A stretch of DNA of 64,000 nt from a virus: the IMG/VR virus record IMGVR_UViG_3300045988_130116. One strand, 5' to 3'. The translations under genes and the position numbers were made by a program. Positions 54,883 to 64,000 of this stretch are shown here, one piece after another. The notes below the pieces were generated by a model. That model was not told where the DNA came from. It worked only from the letters and a program-made list of their open reading frames with translations, and made no database searches. Within the stretch, counting starts at the first letter, position 1. Every line of letters begins with the position of its first letter.

Positions 54883-57800
54883 ATGGCTTGTTTATCTAAT
54901 ACTCCTTCCTTTACTTATGTAAGTGTACAAAATATGGTAATAGGGTATAAAAATATATATTACAATATTAAAAATATGTATAGTAGTGATAAGTATTTTT
55001 ATTGGGATAAAAACGAATCACCTTATGAACTTATAACTTCAAATACTACACTAGAAAGTAAAGAGGGGCTATTTTTAGTCGTAGTAAATAATAAGGGAAC
55101 ATTTATACTCCCAAATCAAGTAGAAATAACAATAAATTTTGATAACAGTAGTGGCGGAGACAATGATTCTAACTTAACTAATATTGTTGAAAAAGTTGAT
55201 GAAATAGAAAAGAAATACACTACTGTTTCCCAAACAGTAGATGGGATAACTAAAACAGTAGGAATATTAAGAAAAGATTTAAGTGGGAGTGCCGATATTT
55301 ATTCAAAAATTCAACAAACAGCCAAAGAGATACAATTATTAGCACAAGAAGTTAATAAAGAGTATTCTAATAGTAACAAAGAAGACGATTTAAGACAAAA
55401 GATAATCTCATATTCTATTAAAATGAATACTATGTTCTCTGATTTTATTAAGACAATGAGAGATGTGTTTGCAGATAGTTTTGTATCAAGTGAAGAAAAT
55501 TATCAATTAATTAATGAAATGAATAAATTGGACACAGAAATGAAGGTATATTTTAACTATATAGATGAATTAGTTGAAGTTATGGAACAGAAAAAAGAAA
55601 CTGAAAATGCGAATTTATTAAAAAGCCAAAAAGAGGCATTAGAGGGAGCATTTAATAACTTTCAAAAAACACTTTGGGATTCTATTGAAGATCAGGCAGT
55701 AACACCAACAGAAACCTCTATATTAATTGGGTTTGCGACAACTTGCCAAGCTAGATTAGATGATTTAAAGAAAACTTGTGATGATTTTTTATTTATAGGA
55801 ATTGGTGGTGCGATTTATGAAGAAATTGCAAAATTAAACGTAGAAAAGAATAAAATATTAATGGAACTTAAAGCAGTTACAACTACTTTAAAAAGTTCTT
55901 TAAGTATCGAGAAGTCATCTTTACAAGCACAATATGAAGATATATTAGCCCAACTAAATCTGCTTGAAGCATGGATTAAAGAAGCTTCAGAAGACGGAAC
56001 TATTACAGTTATAGAAAGAAATATATTAAAAGAAAGAATGGCTAATTTAGAAAAAGAAAGTGATGATTTAATAGAAAAATATGATGAGTATTTAGAAACT
56101 TTAAGTTTAAGTGAAGATGAATTTGCAGAGATGAGATTAGAGTTTTTAAAATACTCTGCTAGTTATAATTCTTTAGTAAATAATATAAATCAAGTTACAG
56201 CTGACAATTATTTCAATGAGATAGAAAAAGTACAAGTAATTACTGCCTTAGAAGAGTATAGAGCTACAGTAAATTTATTCTTTAATTATTTAGGTAAAAT
56301 GATAGCTAAATCAGAAAATAATAGATATACTCAAGAGATAGAAGATGCTAAGGGAGAGGTATCTCTTCAAATACAACAAGTAACAGAAGCACTAAACGAT
56401 TTAAGTGTTACTCTTGATGAGACGTTTGCAAATAATATGATAGATAAAATAGAAAGGGCTTCTATAGAAGCTAATCTAAGTTCTTTGTCCTTCCAAAAAG
56501 AAGAGGTGGACAGCCAGTATAAAAGAATTATATTAAAAGCGAGTATGCAAAATACATCTTTAGCAGAAAGAAAAGATTTAGATGAAAAATACAATGCGTT
56601 TATAACTGCTTATACCAATATAACAAATGAAGTTACGAGAATTTTAAATAAAGAAGAATTAGTTACCGATGAGGATAAAGCCGCTATGGATTCTTTATAT
56701 AATATTGCAAGAGAAGCTATAAAGGTGTATACAACTTCTGCTAATAGTGCTTTGATTTATATATCTGAAAATGAGGCTAAAGCAATAAATGATTCTTTGG
56801 CTAAAGATATTGCAAATTTAAAAGCTAGGGTTGATAATATAGAAGTCGGTTATGATGAGACTTTTGCAGATAATATAATAGATCAGGCAGAGAGAAAGGA
56901 AATTAAATCAAAAAGACATATATTAGAAGTACAAAATGCAGACATAAAAGCTCAATATGAATCTCTTAATTCCTCAACTTATATAACTTCTTCTGATAAA
57001 ACTAAATTAACTACTGCTTATAATACATATGCAAGTAAATATACTGCTTTAAATAAGGCAATAGATGATGCTTTAGCTAAAACAACTTTGCTTGATGACC
57101 CTGATGTAGAAAAAATAAATAACGCTATGAGTGATTTTAGCAATTCATTATCTAATTTTGTTACAGTCGCAAATAAAGTTATAGAAGATATTGCAAATGA
57201 GCAAACAAAACAATATACTTCTAATTTCGATACTAGAATAGGAAAATTAGAAGATAGTTTAAACAATATAGATACTGTAATAGATGCAACTCTTTCTGAT
57301 AGTATAGTTAGTAAATCAGAAAGAAAAATTTTGAAGGCAGCTTTAAAGGCTTTAGAAACATCAAAACTTAATATAGATAACCAATATAATGAGTTATTTA
57401 AAAATAAAATGGTGTCAATGTTTGCTAGAGGAAAATATAAGAAAGCATATAAAAGTTATATTGCTGCTTATAATACATATGTAGAAAGTATAAATGATAT
57501 TATAAATACAACAGGAACAATAGATAACACTTTAAGAACTCAATATGAAAAAGCATATGAAGAATATAAAGCTAAATTAGATGCCTTTTCAAAACAACAT
57601 CAACTAACAGTAGACGATTTAACTAGAAATATATCTAGTGAAATGAAAACTAGCATGACTAAAGAAACTAGAGAGGTTATGGAAGCTTTAAAGACATTAG
57701 ATGATAGCATGGAAGATATATTTAATGATTCTAAATTAACAGATGCAGAAAAGACTACTATAAGAGGATATTTAAATGATTTTAAAGTTAAAAAAGATAC

Positions 57801-60303
57801 CATTGAAACAAAATATAACAGTATTTTGAATGACCTAACGCTACAGGACAGTAAAACTCGTTTAACCTCAGCTTATGATAACTATATATCCGCTTATAAT
57901 AATTTATATAATGCAGTAGACACATTGTTAAAAAGAACAGATATGCTCTGTGAGGATGATAGAAATATATTAGACACATATGTATTGGCTCATAATGAAG
58001 CTTTAGAAAATTATAGTCTTGTATATAAAGAAATGGTTGAAGAAAGTACTAAAAACTTTGTAGAAAAAACAAAACAAGAATTAGAAAAAAATATAAAAGA
58101 CATAAATGATACAATTTCTAGCTTAGAAGAAAATTTAAATGGAGTATTTAGAGACGGAATATTAACAGATGCAGAAAAAAACTCCATTAAACAATCATTA
58201 CAAGTTTTACAAAATGAAAAAACAGGTATAGATGCAGACTATACTTCCATACATAGTAATTCAGATTTGGTGGATAAAGATGCGACTATTCACCCAAAAT
58301 TAGATTTAGAAAATGCTTATAATGATTATATTTCTTCTCACACAAAATTAGTTAAAATTATAAATGATTTATTAGCTAAGACAGGAATAATAGATAGTAA
58401 TGATAAAACTACTTTAGATAAAGCATTTGCTGATTATAGAGCTAAATTACAAGATTATAAAAAAGCTATTAATAATGCAATAGATGCAATAGCCAGTAAA
58501 AAAATTGATGATGAGCGTAGTGAAAGAATAGAGCAATATCAAAAGATAGAAACATTAGTAGGAGAAATAAGAACTACTGTTGGAAAAACTTCAGAAGATT
58601 TAGATTCTCTTAAAAAAATAACTGGAGAATCTTTTGAGAGCATAAAACCCGAAGGCATAATAAACACAGTTAAAGAATCAACTGAACAAGATGGAACAAA
58701 GACATTTGCAAGACAGTCAGAAGTAAATCAAACAGTAAATAGCTTAACAATTAAATTTTCAGAAATGAATAGTAAAATAGAAAATAATGTTACGGTTATT
58801 TCTTCTGACGGTATTACGATTAATATGTATGACGATGATTGTTTTGATAGCAACGGAGATATTATAGAAGGCTCTTCTCCAGTAGCTTCTACAAATATAA
58901 ACGGACAAGGGCTATATATATACAAAGAAGTAGACGGAACTCCAATAGCCTATTTCTCAATGGACGAATGTTATATATCTAATTTAAAAACAGATAAAAT
59001 GAACGGAGCAAATGTTTTAGCTACAACAGAAAATAGAGATATGCCTAAAACTTGGTATGTCGCACCTACTGAAACAGGAGATGGATCAGGAAGAGATGTT
59101 AACAATAAAGCGAGTACAATAAATAGAGTTATCAATGAAATTAAAGATAATTATGGTGTTTATTTTGAAGACGAAGACATTACTATAAAAATAGAAGGCG
59201 GAAAATATAATGAAGAAGTTGCAGTTAACGGATTTTTGGGATATGGAACGTTGACATTGTTGTTTGACACATCTTCTGTGTTATATGGTCAAATTCATGT
59301 AGAGAATAATACTTTAAATATTTCTTTAGACGGACAAAAGACAAACACATCTACGTCAGGAGCAATAATATATTCATATCAATCAAAAGAGCAAGATGCT
59401 ATAGTTGTAAGAAATTCTTATTGTACAATAGATGGATTTAAAGCTAAAAATTTATCTAGTAGTGGTACAAGTTATTATGGCACATTTGCCAGATTTACAA
59501 ATGGTTCAAGGGGAACAGTAAGCGATTGTGACGTTATTTATTACGAAACTCCAATTATAAGTGATTATGGTTCACAAGTAGGATTCTGGAATGTAAAAGG
59601 TAAAACAAAAGTAAGAAGAACTGTTCAAAATGGTGGAATTGTAGTATCAGGAGGAGTTATTCCTTCAACTACAGATACAAAAGACAGCATAAGTAGAGGA
59701 TTTATACATCAAACTGGTACATTAACTGAAACAACTACTATGGGTTGGTATAGTAGTAGTGGCTCAGGTGGAAGCGGAGGTTCATCTGGAGGACAAGACG
59801 GTTCTTCAACAAATACTCAAACTGTTACTAAAACATTTACTTTAACTAATTTAAAAAGTGTTCCCGAAGGTAGTGGGAAAGCAACGTCTGGATTTAGTGG
59901 AAAAATGGCTCAAGGGAAATATAGTTCTTATAAACTTCATAGAGGTGAAGCAAAAATCCCTTCTTCTGCTTTAGATTTTATTAAATCCGCTACCTCAATA
60001 GAATCTGTTTCATTAACTTGTCATAGATTAAATACTTCACATGGTACTTCTGCGGCAGTCCCATATCCAAGAATGAGATTAAAAAATACAAGTAAAGGAA
60101 CTTATTCTAGTTATTACGCTAATAGCAGTATTAAATTTGCCAGAGGGGATACTAAAACAATTCCTATTGATAATAACTCTTTTAAAACATTCCTATTAAA
60201 TGGAGCAGATGAATTACAATTTTATGTTGCAAGTGATGGAAATCCTACACAACAATATTCTCATTACGATAATGTAAAATTAGAAATAACTATTAAAAAA
60301 TAA
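54883..60303 (+). CDS. giant tail fibre/spike protein: ~7 helical repeat modules plus a C-terminal beta-helix (pectate lyase-like) domain
   Basis: About 1806 aa from ATG 54883 (RBS GGTGAG). Recurring ~140-aa modules begin DETFANNMIDKIERASIE, DETFADNIIDQAERKEIK, DATLSDSIVSKSERKILK, EDIFNDSKLTDAEKTTIR and NGVFRDGILTDAEKNSIK. The C-terminus TWYVAPTETGDGSGRDVNNKASTINRVINEI is typical of the start of right-handed beta-helix depolymerases. Confidence 0.6.
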   Translation: MACLSNTPSFTYVSVQNMVIGYKNIYYNIKNMYSSDKYFYWDKNESPYELITSNTTLESKEGLFLVVVNNKGTFILPNQVEITINFDNSSGGDNDSNLTNIVEKVDEIEKKYTTVSQTVDGITKTVGILRKDLSGSADIYSKIQQTAKEIQLLAQEVNKEYSNSNKEDDLRQKIISYSIKMNTMFSDFIKTMRDVFADSFVSSEENYQLINEMNKLDTEMKVYFNYIDELVEVMEQKKETENANLLKSQKEALEGAFNNFQKTLWDSIEDQAVTPTETSILIGFATTCQARLDDLKKTCDDFLFIGIGGAIYEEIAKLNVEKNKILMELKAVTTTLKSSLSIEKSSLQAQYEDILAQLNLLEAWIKEASEDGTITVIERNILKERMANLEKESDDLIEKYDEYLETLSLSEDEFAEMRLEFLKYSASYNSLVNNINQVTADNYFNEIEKVQVITALEEYRATVNLFFNYLGKMIAKSENNRYTQEIEDAKGEVSLQIQQVTEALNDLSVTLDETFANNMIDKIERASIEANLSSLSFQKEEVDSQYKRIILKASMQNTSLAERKDLDEKYNAFITAYTNITNEVTRILNKEELVTDEDKAAMDSLYNIAREAIKVYTTSANSALIYISENEAKAINDSLAKDIANLKARVDNIEVGYDETFADNIIDQAERKEIKSKRHILEVQNADIKAQYESLNSSTYITSSDKTKLTTAYNTYASKYTALNKAIDDALAKTTLLDDPDVEKINNAMSDFSNSLSNFVTVANKVIEDIANEQTKQYTSNFDTRIGKLEDSLNNIDTVIDATLSDSIVSKSERKILKAALKALETSKLNIDNQYNELFKNKMVSMFARGKYKKAYKSYIAAYNTYVESINDIINTTGTIDNTLRTQYEKAYEEYKAKLDAFSKQHQLTVDDLTRNISSEMKTSMTKETREVMEALKTLDDSMEDIFNDSKLTDAEKTTIRGYLNDFKVKKDTIETKYNSILNDLTLQDSKTRLTSAYDNYISAYNNLYNAVDTLLKRTDMLCEDDRNILDTYVLAHNEALENYSLVYKEMVEESTKNFVEKTKQELEKNIKDINDTISSLEENLNGVFRDGILTDAEKNSIKQSLQVLQNEKTGIDADYTSIHSNSDLVDKDATIHPKLDLENAYNDYISSHTKLVKIINDLLAKTGIIDSNDKTTLDKAFADYRAKLQDYKKAINNAIDAIASKKIDDERSERIEQYQKIETLVGEIRTTVGKTSEDLDSLKKITGESFESIKPEGIINTVKESTEQDGTKTFARQSEVNQTVNSLTIKFSEMNSKIENNVTVISSDGITINMYDDDCFDSNGDIIEGSSPVASTNINGQGLYIYKEVDGTPIAYFSMDECYISNLKTDKMNGANVLATTENRDMPKTWYVAPTETGDGSGRDVNNKASTINRVINEIKDNYGVYFEDEDITIKIEGGKYNEEVAVNGFLGYGTLTLLFDTSSVLYGQIHVENNTLNISLDGQKTNTSTSGAIIYSYQSKEQDAIVVRNSYCTIDGFKAKNLSSSGTSYYGTFARFTNGSRGTVSDCDVIYYETPIISDYGSQVGFWNVKGKTKVRRTVQNGGIVVSGGVIPSTTDTKDSISRGFIHQTGTLTETTTMGWYSSSGSGGSGGSSGGQDGSSTNTQTVTKTFTLTNLKSVPEGSGKATSGFSGKMAQGKYSSYKLHRGEAKIPSSALDFIKSATSIESVSLTCHRLNTSHGTSAAVPYPRMRLKNTSKGTYSSYYANSSIKFARGDTKTIPIDNNSFKTFLLNGADELQFYVASDGNPTQQYSHYDNVKLEITIKK

Positions 60304-60317
60304 GGGAGAGGATTTTA

Positions 60318-60488
60318 ATGAACAAACAAGTTAAACCGGATTTTGTTTATATGGTAGCTATGGAAAGGGTTTTAGAATTACAACAGAATATAATTTTAAA
60401 AGAAGCATTAATTAGACAACAGGAAAAAGAAATAGAGAAATTAACAGAATTACTTAATAATTTATCAAAAGATTCGGAGGTGAAATAA
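60318..60488 (+). CDS. small coiled-coil protein (56 aa), not in the ORF track
   Basis: Own reading. ATG 60318 after GGGAGAGG. Sequence MNKQVKPDFVYMVAMERVLELQQNIILKEALIRQQEKEIEKLTELLNNLSKDSEVK. Confidence 0.5.
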   Translation: MNKQVKPDFVYMVAMERVLELQQNIILKEALIRQQEKEIEKLTELLNNLSKDSEVK

Positions 60489-63400
60489 TTGGCTTTTATT
60501 GATGATTTAACGGAAAAAAGTACTACAAATGGTAGTGATTATTTAATTATAGAAGATAACGAGAGTACAAAAAAGATACAACTTAAAAACCTTTTAAGCA
60601 AACAACCTATAGATATAAAGATGAATGAAAATAACAAAATTTATCTTATTGCATCTGATGGGACTCAAATAGGAGACGGAACAACATTAGCATTGTCTTC
60701 GGGAGAAGCAAAACAAATAGAAATGGTGTTTGATGGAGTTTGGGTTAAATGGAGATATAAAGGTGATGAAAACTGGATTAATTTATTTTCAGTGGCAGAT
60801 ATAGGTGGGTCTAGTGGAGGGGGAGGGGGAAGTAACCCCCCTTCTAACACAGATGTTGAATTTAGAATAGGGACTGTTACAACTTTACCAGCAGGAAGTG
60901 ATGCAACAGCAGTCATTGAAGAGCCAACAGATAATAGTTTTGTCCTAAGTTTAGGACTGCCTAGAGGGGAAGCGGTTACAGTAGATGGAGATGGAGTAGA
61001 TGTTTCAAATCAAATAAAAACTAATACTGACAAGACTTCTTCTAAGGTCTCTATAATAGTAAGAACTAATAATAGATATGTATATGGAACATTAAGTTCT
61101 CTTACGTTATTAACAAATACAGCAGAAAAAGAACTTCCTGATTACAATGTTGCAGTAACTTTTAGAACACAAGATAATACTCCTATGAAATTTTCACAAT
61201 CCACTAACCTTTATATGGTTGGAGATGATTGTTTGTTTGGAGCATTTATACCTAGAGTTTCTACGGATTATAGAATAGAAATTGCTTACGGTGGTACAAG
61301 ACTGATAGGAAAAGTTTATGGAGCAAATTATGGATATGTAGCTACTTTATCTAATTTTACTGGTGGAGGAAATATAGTTGGAGTAGCAAAATCTTATATT
61401 GATAATGCTACTAGCTTTTGCTATGGAACAACAACAATATTATCAAGTGTTACTGCTAAATCAGAAGTTACAGATTCTACTGGGAAGTTTTATATTGATT
61501 GTTCTACATTAACTTCTTTATCATATAGAGGCATTTTATATTCTGACTCAAAATATAATGACTGGACTAAAACTAACTCTGCTAGGACTTCTAAATACTC
61601 TTATGTAATAGAACTCCCAAGAACTGCGGCAGAACAGGCAAGATATTGTATTGAAAAGGGTTGGATTCTTCCTAAAGAATATTGGGGAGATAATTATAAT
61701 TTATTACAAGCAGGAGACTTAGTTTTTTATTCAGAAAGACCAGTAGGAAAAGTAAGTGCATGGGGAACAAGATTTATGAGGGTTGGTCATGTTGCTTTAG
61801 TAACTGGAATAGAAGAAGGAATAGCTTATTTATATGAGGCAACAAGTGGCACAGCGGTTAATGGATTAAGAAAGATTAGTATATTAGATAATACTCCTGA
61901 AAAAATATGTATGATAGCAAGACCTCAATTAACAGTAGGCTCTTCTGGAGGACAAGACGGTTGGGATATTGAAGATGACCCTTCTAACCCTTCTGAAAAT
62001 ATGTTAGAAAATGGTGGGATATCTACTTCTACAGGAAATAATACACAATCTTCTACATATGTAAGAAATATGGGGTATATTCATTTAGGAGACGTAAAAG
62101 GAATTAAATTATCGGTATCTAATAAAGATATAATAATTGCCAATGTCTTTTATTATGATGATAATGATAAAATGATTTCATATGAAGGAGTCGGAGGTTC
62201 TTCTTATAACAAAAGCATACCAACAGGAGCGAAAAAATTTAGATTTACTTTCAGACGAGCAGACAATAGCGCATTAAATTATTATGAAGTTAATTATGAT
62301 ATTTCTTATGTTATGAATGAAAATATAAATATTAAACCGACTCCTTCTGAGATGGGGTTTAGAGATTTTCCAAGGGTAACAGGTAAAATAAATAACCAAT
62401 ATAAACTTGTAGCAAAATTAAATGAAATAGTTGAAGACTATGATACCTGTTATGTATATGGAGCTGTCGGACAACATTTAACTGCATCGTTAATATCAAC
62501 ATTGGCTGATAGATGGAGAAGTATGAACTTTTATACACAATCTAAATTAAACCAATATGAAAAAATAATGGCAGATGCTAAAAAGAAAAATAAGTATATA
62601 TGGGGATTTGACTGTGTAAACGTTATAAAAGCTGTTCTTTGGGGATGGAATGGTGACCAAAGCAAAAGTTACGGAGGGGCGACTTATGGAAGTAATGGAG
62701 TTTCCGATGTAAGTGCAGATGGTTGTATAAGCATATGTAAAAATGTAAAAAGTTATTGGGATAAAAATAATAATCCTATACCTTGGGACGATATACAATT
62801 AGGAGAAGCAGTTTGGACAAATGGACATATAGGAATTTATGTAGGAGAGGGATTGGTAATTGAATGTACTCCTAAATCCGGCACAGGATGGACTAATAAT
62901 GTTCAGATATCAGGGTTAGGAAATTTACCTTTCAATAAAACCTATAGTAGCAAAAAAAGAACATGGAAAAAACATGGTAAATTACCTTGGATTACTTATC
63001 TTGATGAATGTCCTTGGACAAAAACAGAAGATGGGCAAGTGGTTGAATTAAAAGGCAAAGCATATAAGGCTAGTATATCTACTTATTATCCTACAACAGC
63101 TACAGTAAACACATCTTCTAAATCAGAGGCTACGAAAATTCTTAAAGACTTAAATATGGGAAAAGGATTAACTTATTCAAATTATAAAAACGCTATAAAA
63201 TGGCAGTCTTTAGTTGATGAAATTGCTCCTAAATTTGGAGTAGACCCTACTGTAGCGATAATGATAATTGCTGCAGAAAGTGGAGGAGACCCTAATCAAA
63301 AAACTGGTTCAAATGGTGGTTATGGGTTAATGCAATGTGAGAGAAGTGTATATATAAAAGGATTTAAAAACCCAAATACAGGGAAAACAAATTCCGGAGT

Positions 63401-64000
63401 ACATACTATAAAGTATTTAGATGGAACAACTAAAAAGGTAACATTATCTATGACTACAATGGATGGGAACACAGAAAGTGGTAGAAGACTACAGGTAGAA
63501 TTCGGCTGCCATGAACTTAGAGATAGGGCTAGAAATTATTATTGGAATATTATACACTCTTTAGTCGCTTATAATATGGGAGCAGGAGCTTTTAATCTTA
63601 TATGTAGTAAATATATCTGTGAAAAATATGGATATGAATTAATTCGTAGTGGGTCTTTAAGCAAACAAAGTTCTCAGGTTCAAAAGAAAGTTAAAGAAAT
63701 GCTTAAACAAGGAGACTTGGGATATTTAAAATATAGAAAATGGTATACAACAACAGGACATAATTATCTTAATGCTGGTCCGGGAACTGCTAATAATGTA
63801 GAACTTTATTTACAATATTATAAATCAGTTAATGGGCAATTACCATATTTCTATGATGATGATAATAAAAAATTAAATTTTGAAGATGTAGTTTTAACAT
63901 CTGGTCAACCAACAACAACCACAGAGCTAATTGACGCTATGGGCAATAAATGCATTGGTTATCCAACAGAATTAATTTGTTCTGCTCCAGAGGGTATTCC
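60489..64000 (+). CDS. tail-associated lysin with two NlpC/P60-like domains and a lytic transglycosylase (SLT) domain; runs off the right window edge
   Basis: Own translation from TTG 60489 (RBS GGAGGTGA) stays open to 64000. N-terminus MAFIDDLTEKSTTNGSDYLIIEDNESTKKIQLKNLL is fibre-like. YIDCSTLTSLSYRG ... VGHVALVTG is the first Cys-His pair. GFDCVNVIKAVLWG ... NGHIGIYVGEGLVIEC is the second. AAESGGDPN ... GYGLMQCE ... AYNMGAG is SLT-like. Confidence 0.7.
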   Translation, partial: MAFIDDLTEKSTTNGSDYLIIEDNESTKKIQLKNLLSKQPIDIKMNENNKIYLIASDGTQIGDGTTLALSSGEAKQIEMVFDGVWVKWRYKGDENWINLFSVADIGGSSGGGGGSNPPSNTDVEFRIGTVTTLPAGSDATAVIEEPTDNSFVLSLGLPRGEAVTVDGDGVDVSNQIKTNTDKTSSKVSIIVRTNNRYVYGTLSSLTLLTNTAEKELPDYNVAVTFRTQDNTPMKFSQSTNLYMVGDDCLFGAFIPRVSTDYRIEIAYGGTRLIGKVYGANYGYVATLSNFTGGGNIVGVAKSYIDNATSFCYGTTTILSSVTAKSEVTDSTGKFYIDCSTLTSLSYRGILYSDSKYNDWTKTNSARTSKYSYVIELPRTAAEQARYCIEKGWILPKEYWGDNYNLLQAGDLVFYSERPVGKVSAWGTRFMRVGHVALVTGIEEGIAYLYEATSGTAVNGLRKISILDNTPEKICMIARPQLTVGSSGGQDGWDIEDDPSNPSENMLENGGISTSTGNNTQSSTYVRNMGYIHLGDVKGIKLSVSNKDIIIANVFYYDDNDKMISYEGVGGSSYNKSIPTGAKKFRFTFRRADNSALNYYEVNYDISYVMNENINIKPTPSEMGFRDFPRVTGKINNQYKLVAKLNEIVEDYDTCYVYGAVGQHLTASLISTLADRWRSMNFYTQSKLNQYEKIMADAKKKNKYIWGFDCVNVIKAVLWGWNGDQSKSYGGATYGSNGVSDVSADGCISICKNVKSYWDKNNNPIPWDDIQLGEAVWTNGHIGIYVGEGLVIECTPKSGTGWTNNVQISGLGNLPFNKTYSSKKRTWKKHGKLPWITYLDECPWTKTEDGQVVELKGKAYKASISTYYPTTATVNTSSKSEATKILKDLNMGKGLTYSNYKNAIKWQSLVDEIAPKFGVDPTVAIMIIAAESGGDPNQKTGSNGGYGLMQCERSVYIKGFKNPNTGKTNSGVHTIKYLDGTTKKVTLSMTTMDGNTESGRRLQVEFGCHELRDRARNYYWNIIHSLVAYNMGAGAFNLICSKYICEKYGYELIRSGSLSKQSSQVQKKVKEMLKQGDLGYLKYRKWYTTTGHNYLNAGPGTANNVELYLQYYKSVNGQLPYFYDDDNKKLNFEDVVLTSGQPTTTTELIDAMGNKCIGYPTELICSAPEGI

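Noticed and set aside
621-62798. Many 60-110-aa ORFs on the strand opposite to long genes. Examples: 621-833, 2826-3203, 4860-5051, 6519-6707, 10879-11114, 19260-19568, 21769-22047, 23168-23661, 28474-28692, 30055-30686, 30851-31120, 31923-32222, 33032-33229, 35563-35784, 36151-36695, 37071-37733, 38424-38639, 40524-41129, 41757-41948, 44307-44585, 48087-49229, 51715-51924, 53090-53305, 54019-54255, 56367-58925, 60665-60916 and 62547-62798.
   Set aside because: These are shadow ORFs antisense to well-supported genes. They have low-complexity Ser/Leu/Phe/Ile-rich translations, no RBS, and are inconsistent with the operon direction.

Overview
This AT-rich window (roughly 28-30% GC by eye) looks like part of a large siphovirus-type phage or prophage of a low-GC host. 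All calls come from reading the sequence and the ORF track; no database search or folding program was run. Positions 1-19882 are transcribed leftward. They hold a partial tyrosine recombinase and a host-takeover-like block of small genes (389-7036). In that block nearly every transcription unit carries the same consensus promoter and leader cassette (TTGACA-17-TGnTATAAT). The block includes ArdC-like, SprT-like and class II glutamine amidotransferase proteins. Further right are a separate cassette (8626-11574) with an amidoligase and a Cys-rich paralog, then a long operon of small genes (14388-19882) ending in a sigma factor. Two ORF-free tracts (7110-8620 and 11600-14340) are packed with repeats. 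These include perfect Fur-box palindromes, a composite GC-9-mer plus Fur-like-box repeat, an almost C-free AT-rich low-complexity tract and a 109-nt G-free tract. Positions 20520-64000 are transcribed rightward: a regulator, an HU-like protein, one canonical tRNA-Thr and two non-canonical tRNA-like genes. Next come a helical+vWA (DUF2828/Ro60-like) protein, a metallophosphoesterase, a ClpP-like protease and the terminase genes. After those are three N6/N4 DNA methyltransferase genes (one split by a 10-nt insertion), a putative portal, a subtilisin-like protease and the head and tail genes. The tail genes include a tape measure gene of about 3,100 codons, tail tip proteins and a tail lysin with three hydrolase domains that runs off the right edge. 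The most striking item is an ~800-nt block of two tandem group I-like ribozyme units that interrupts the tape measure gene.
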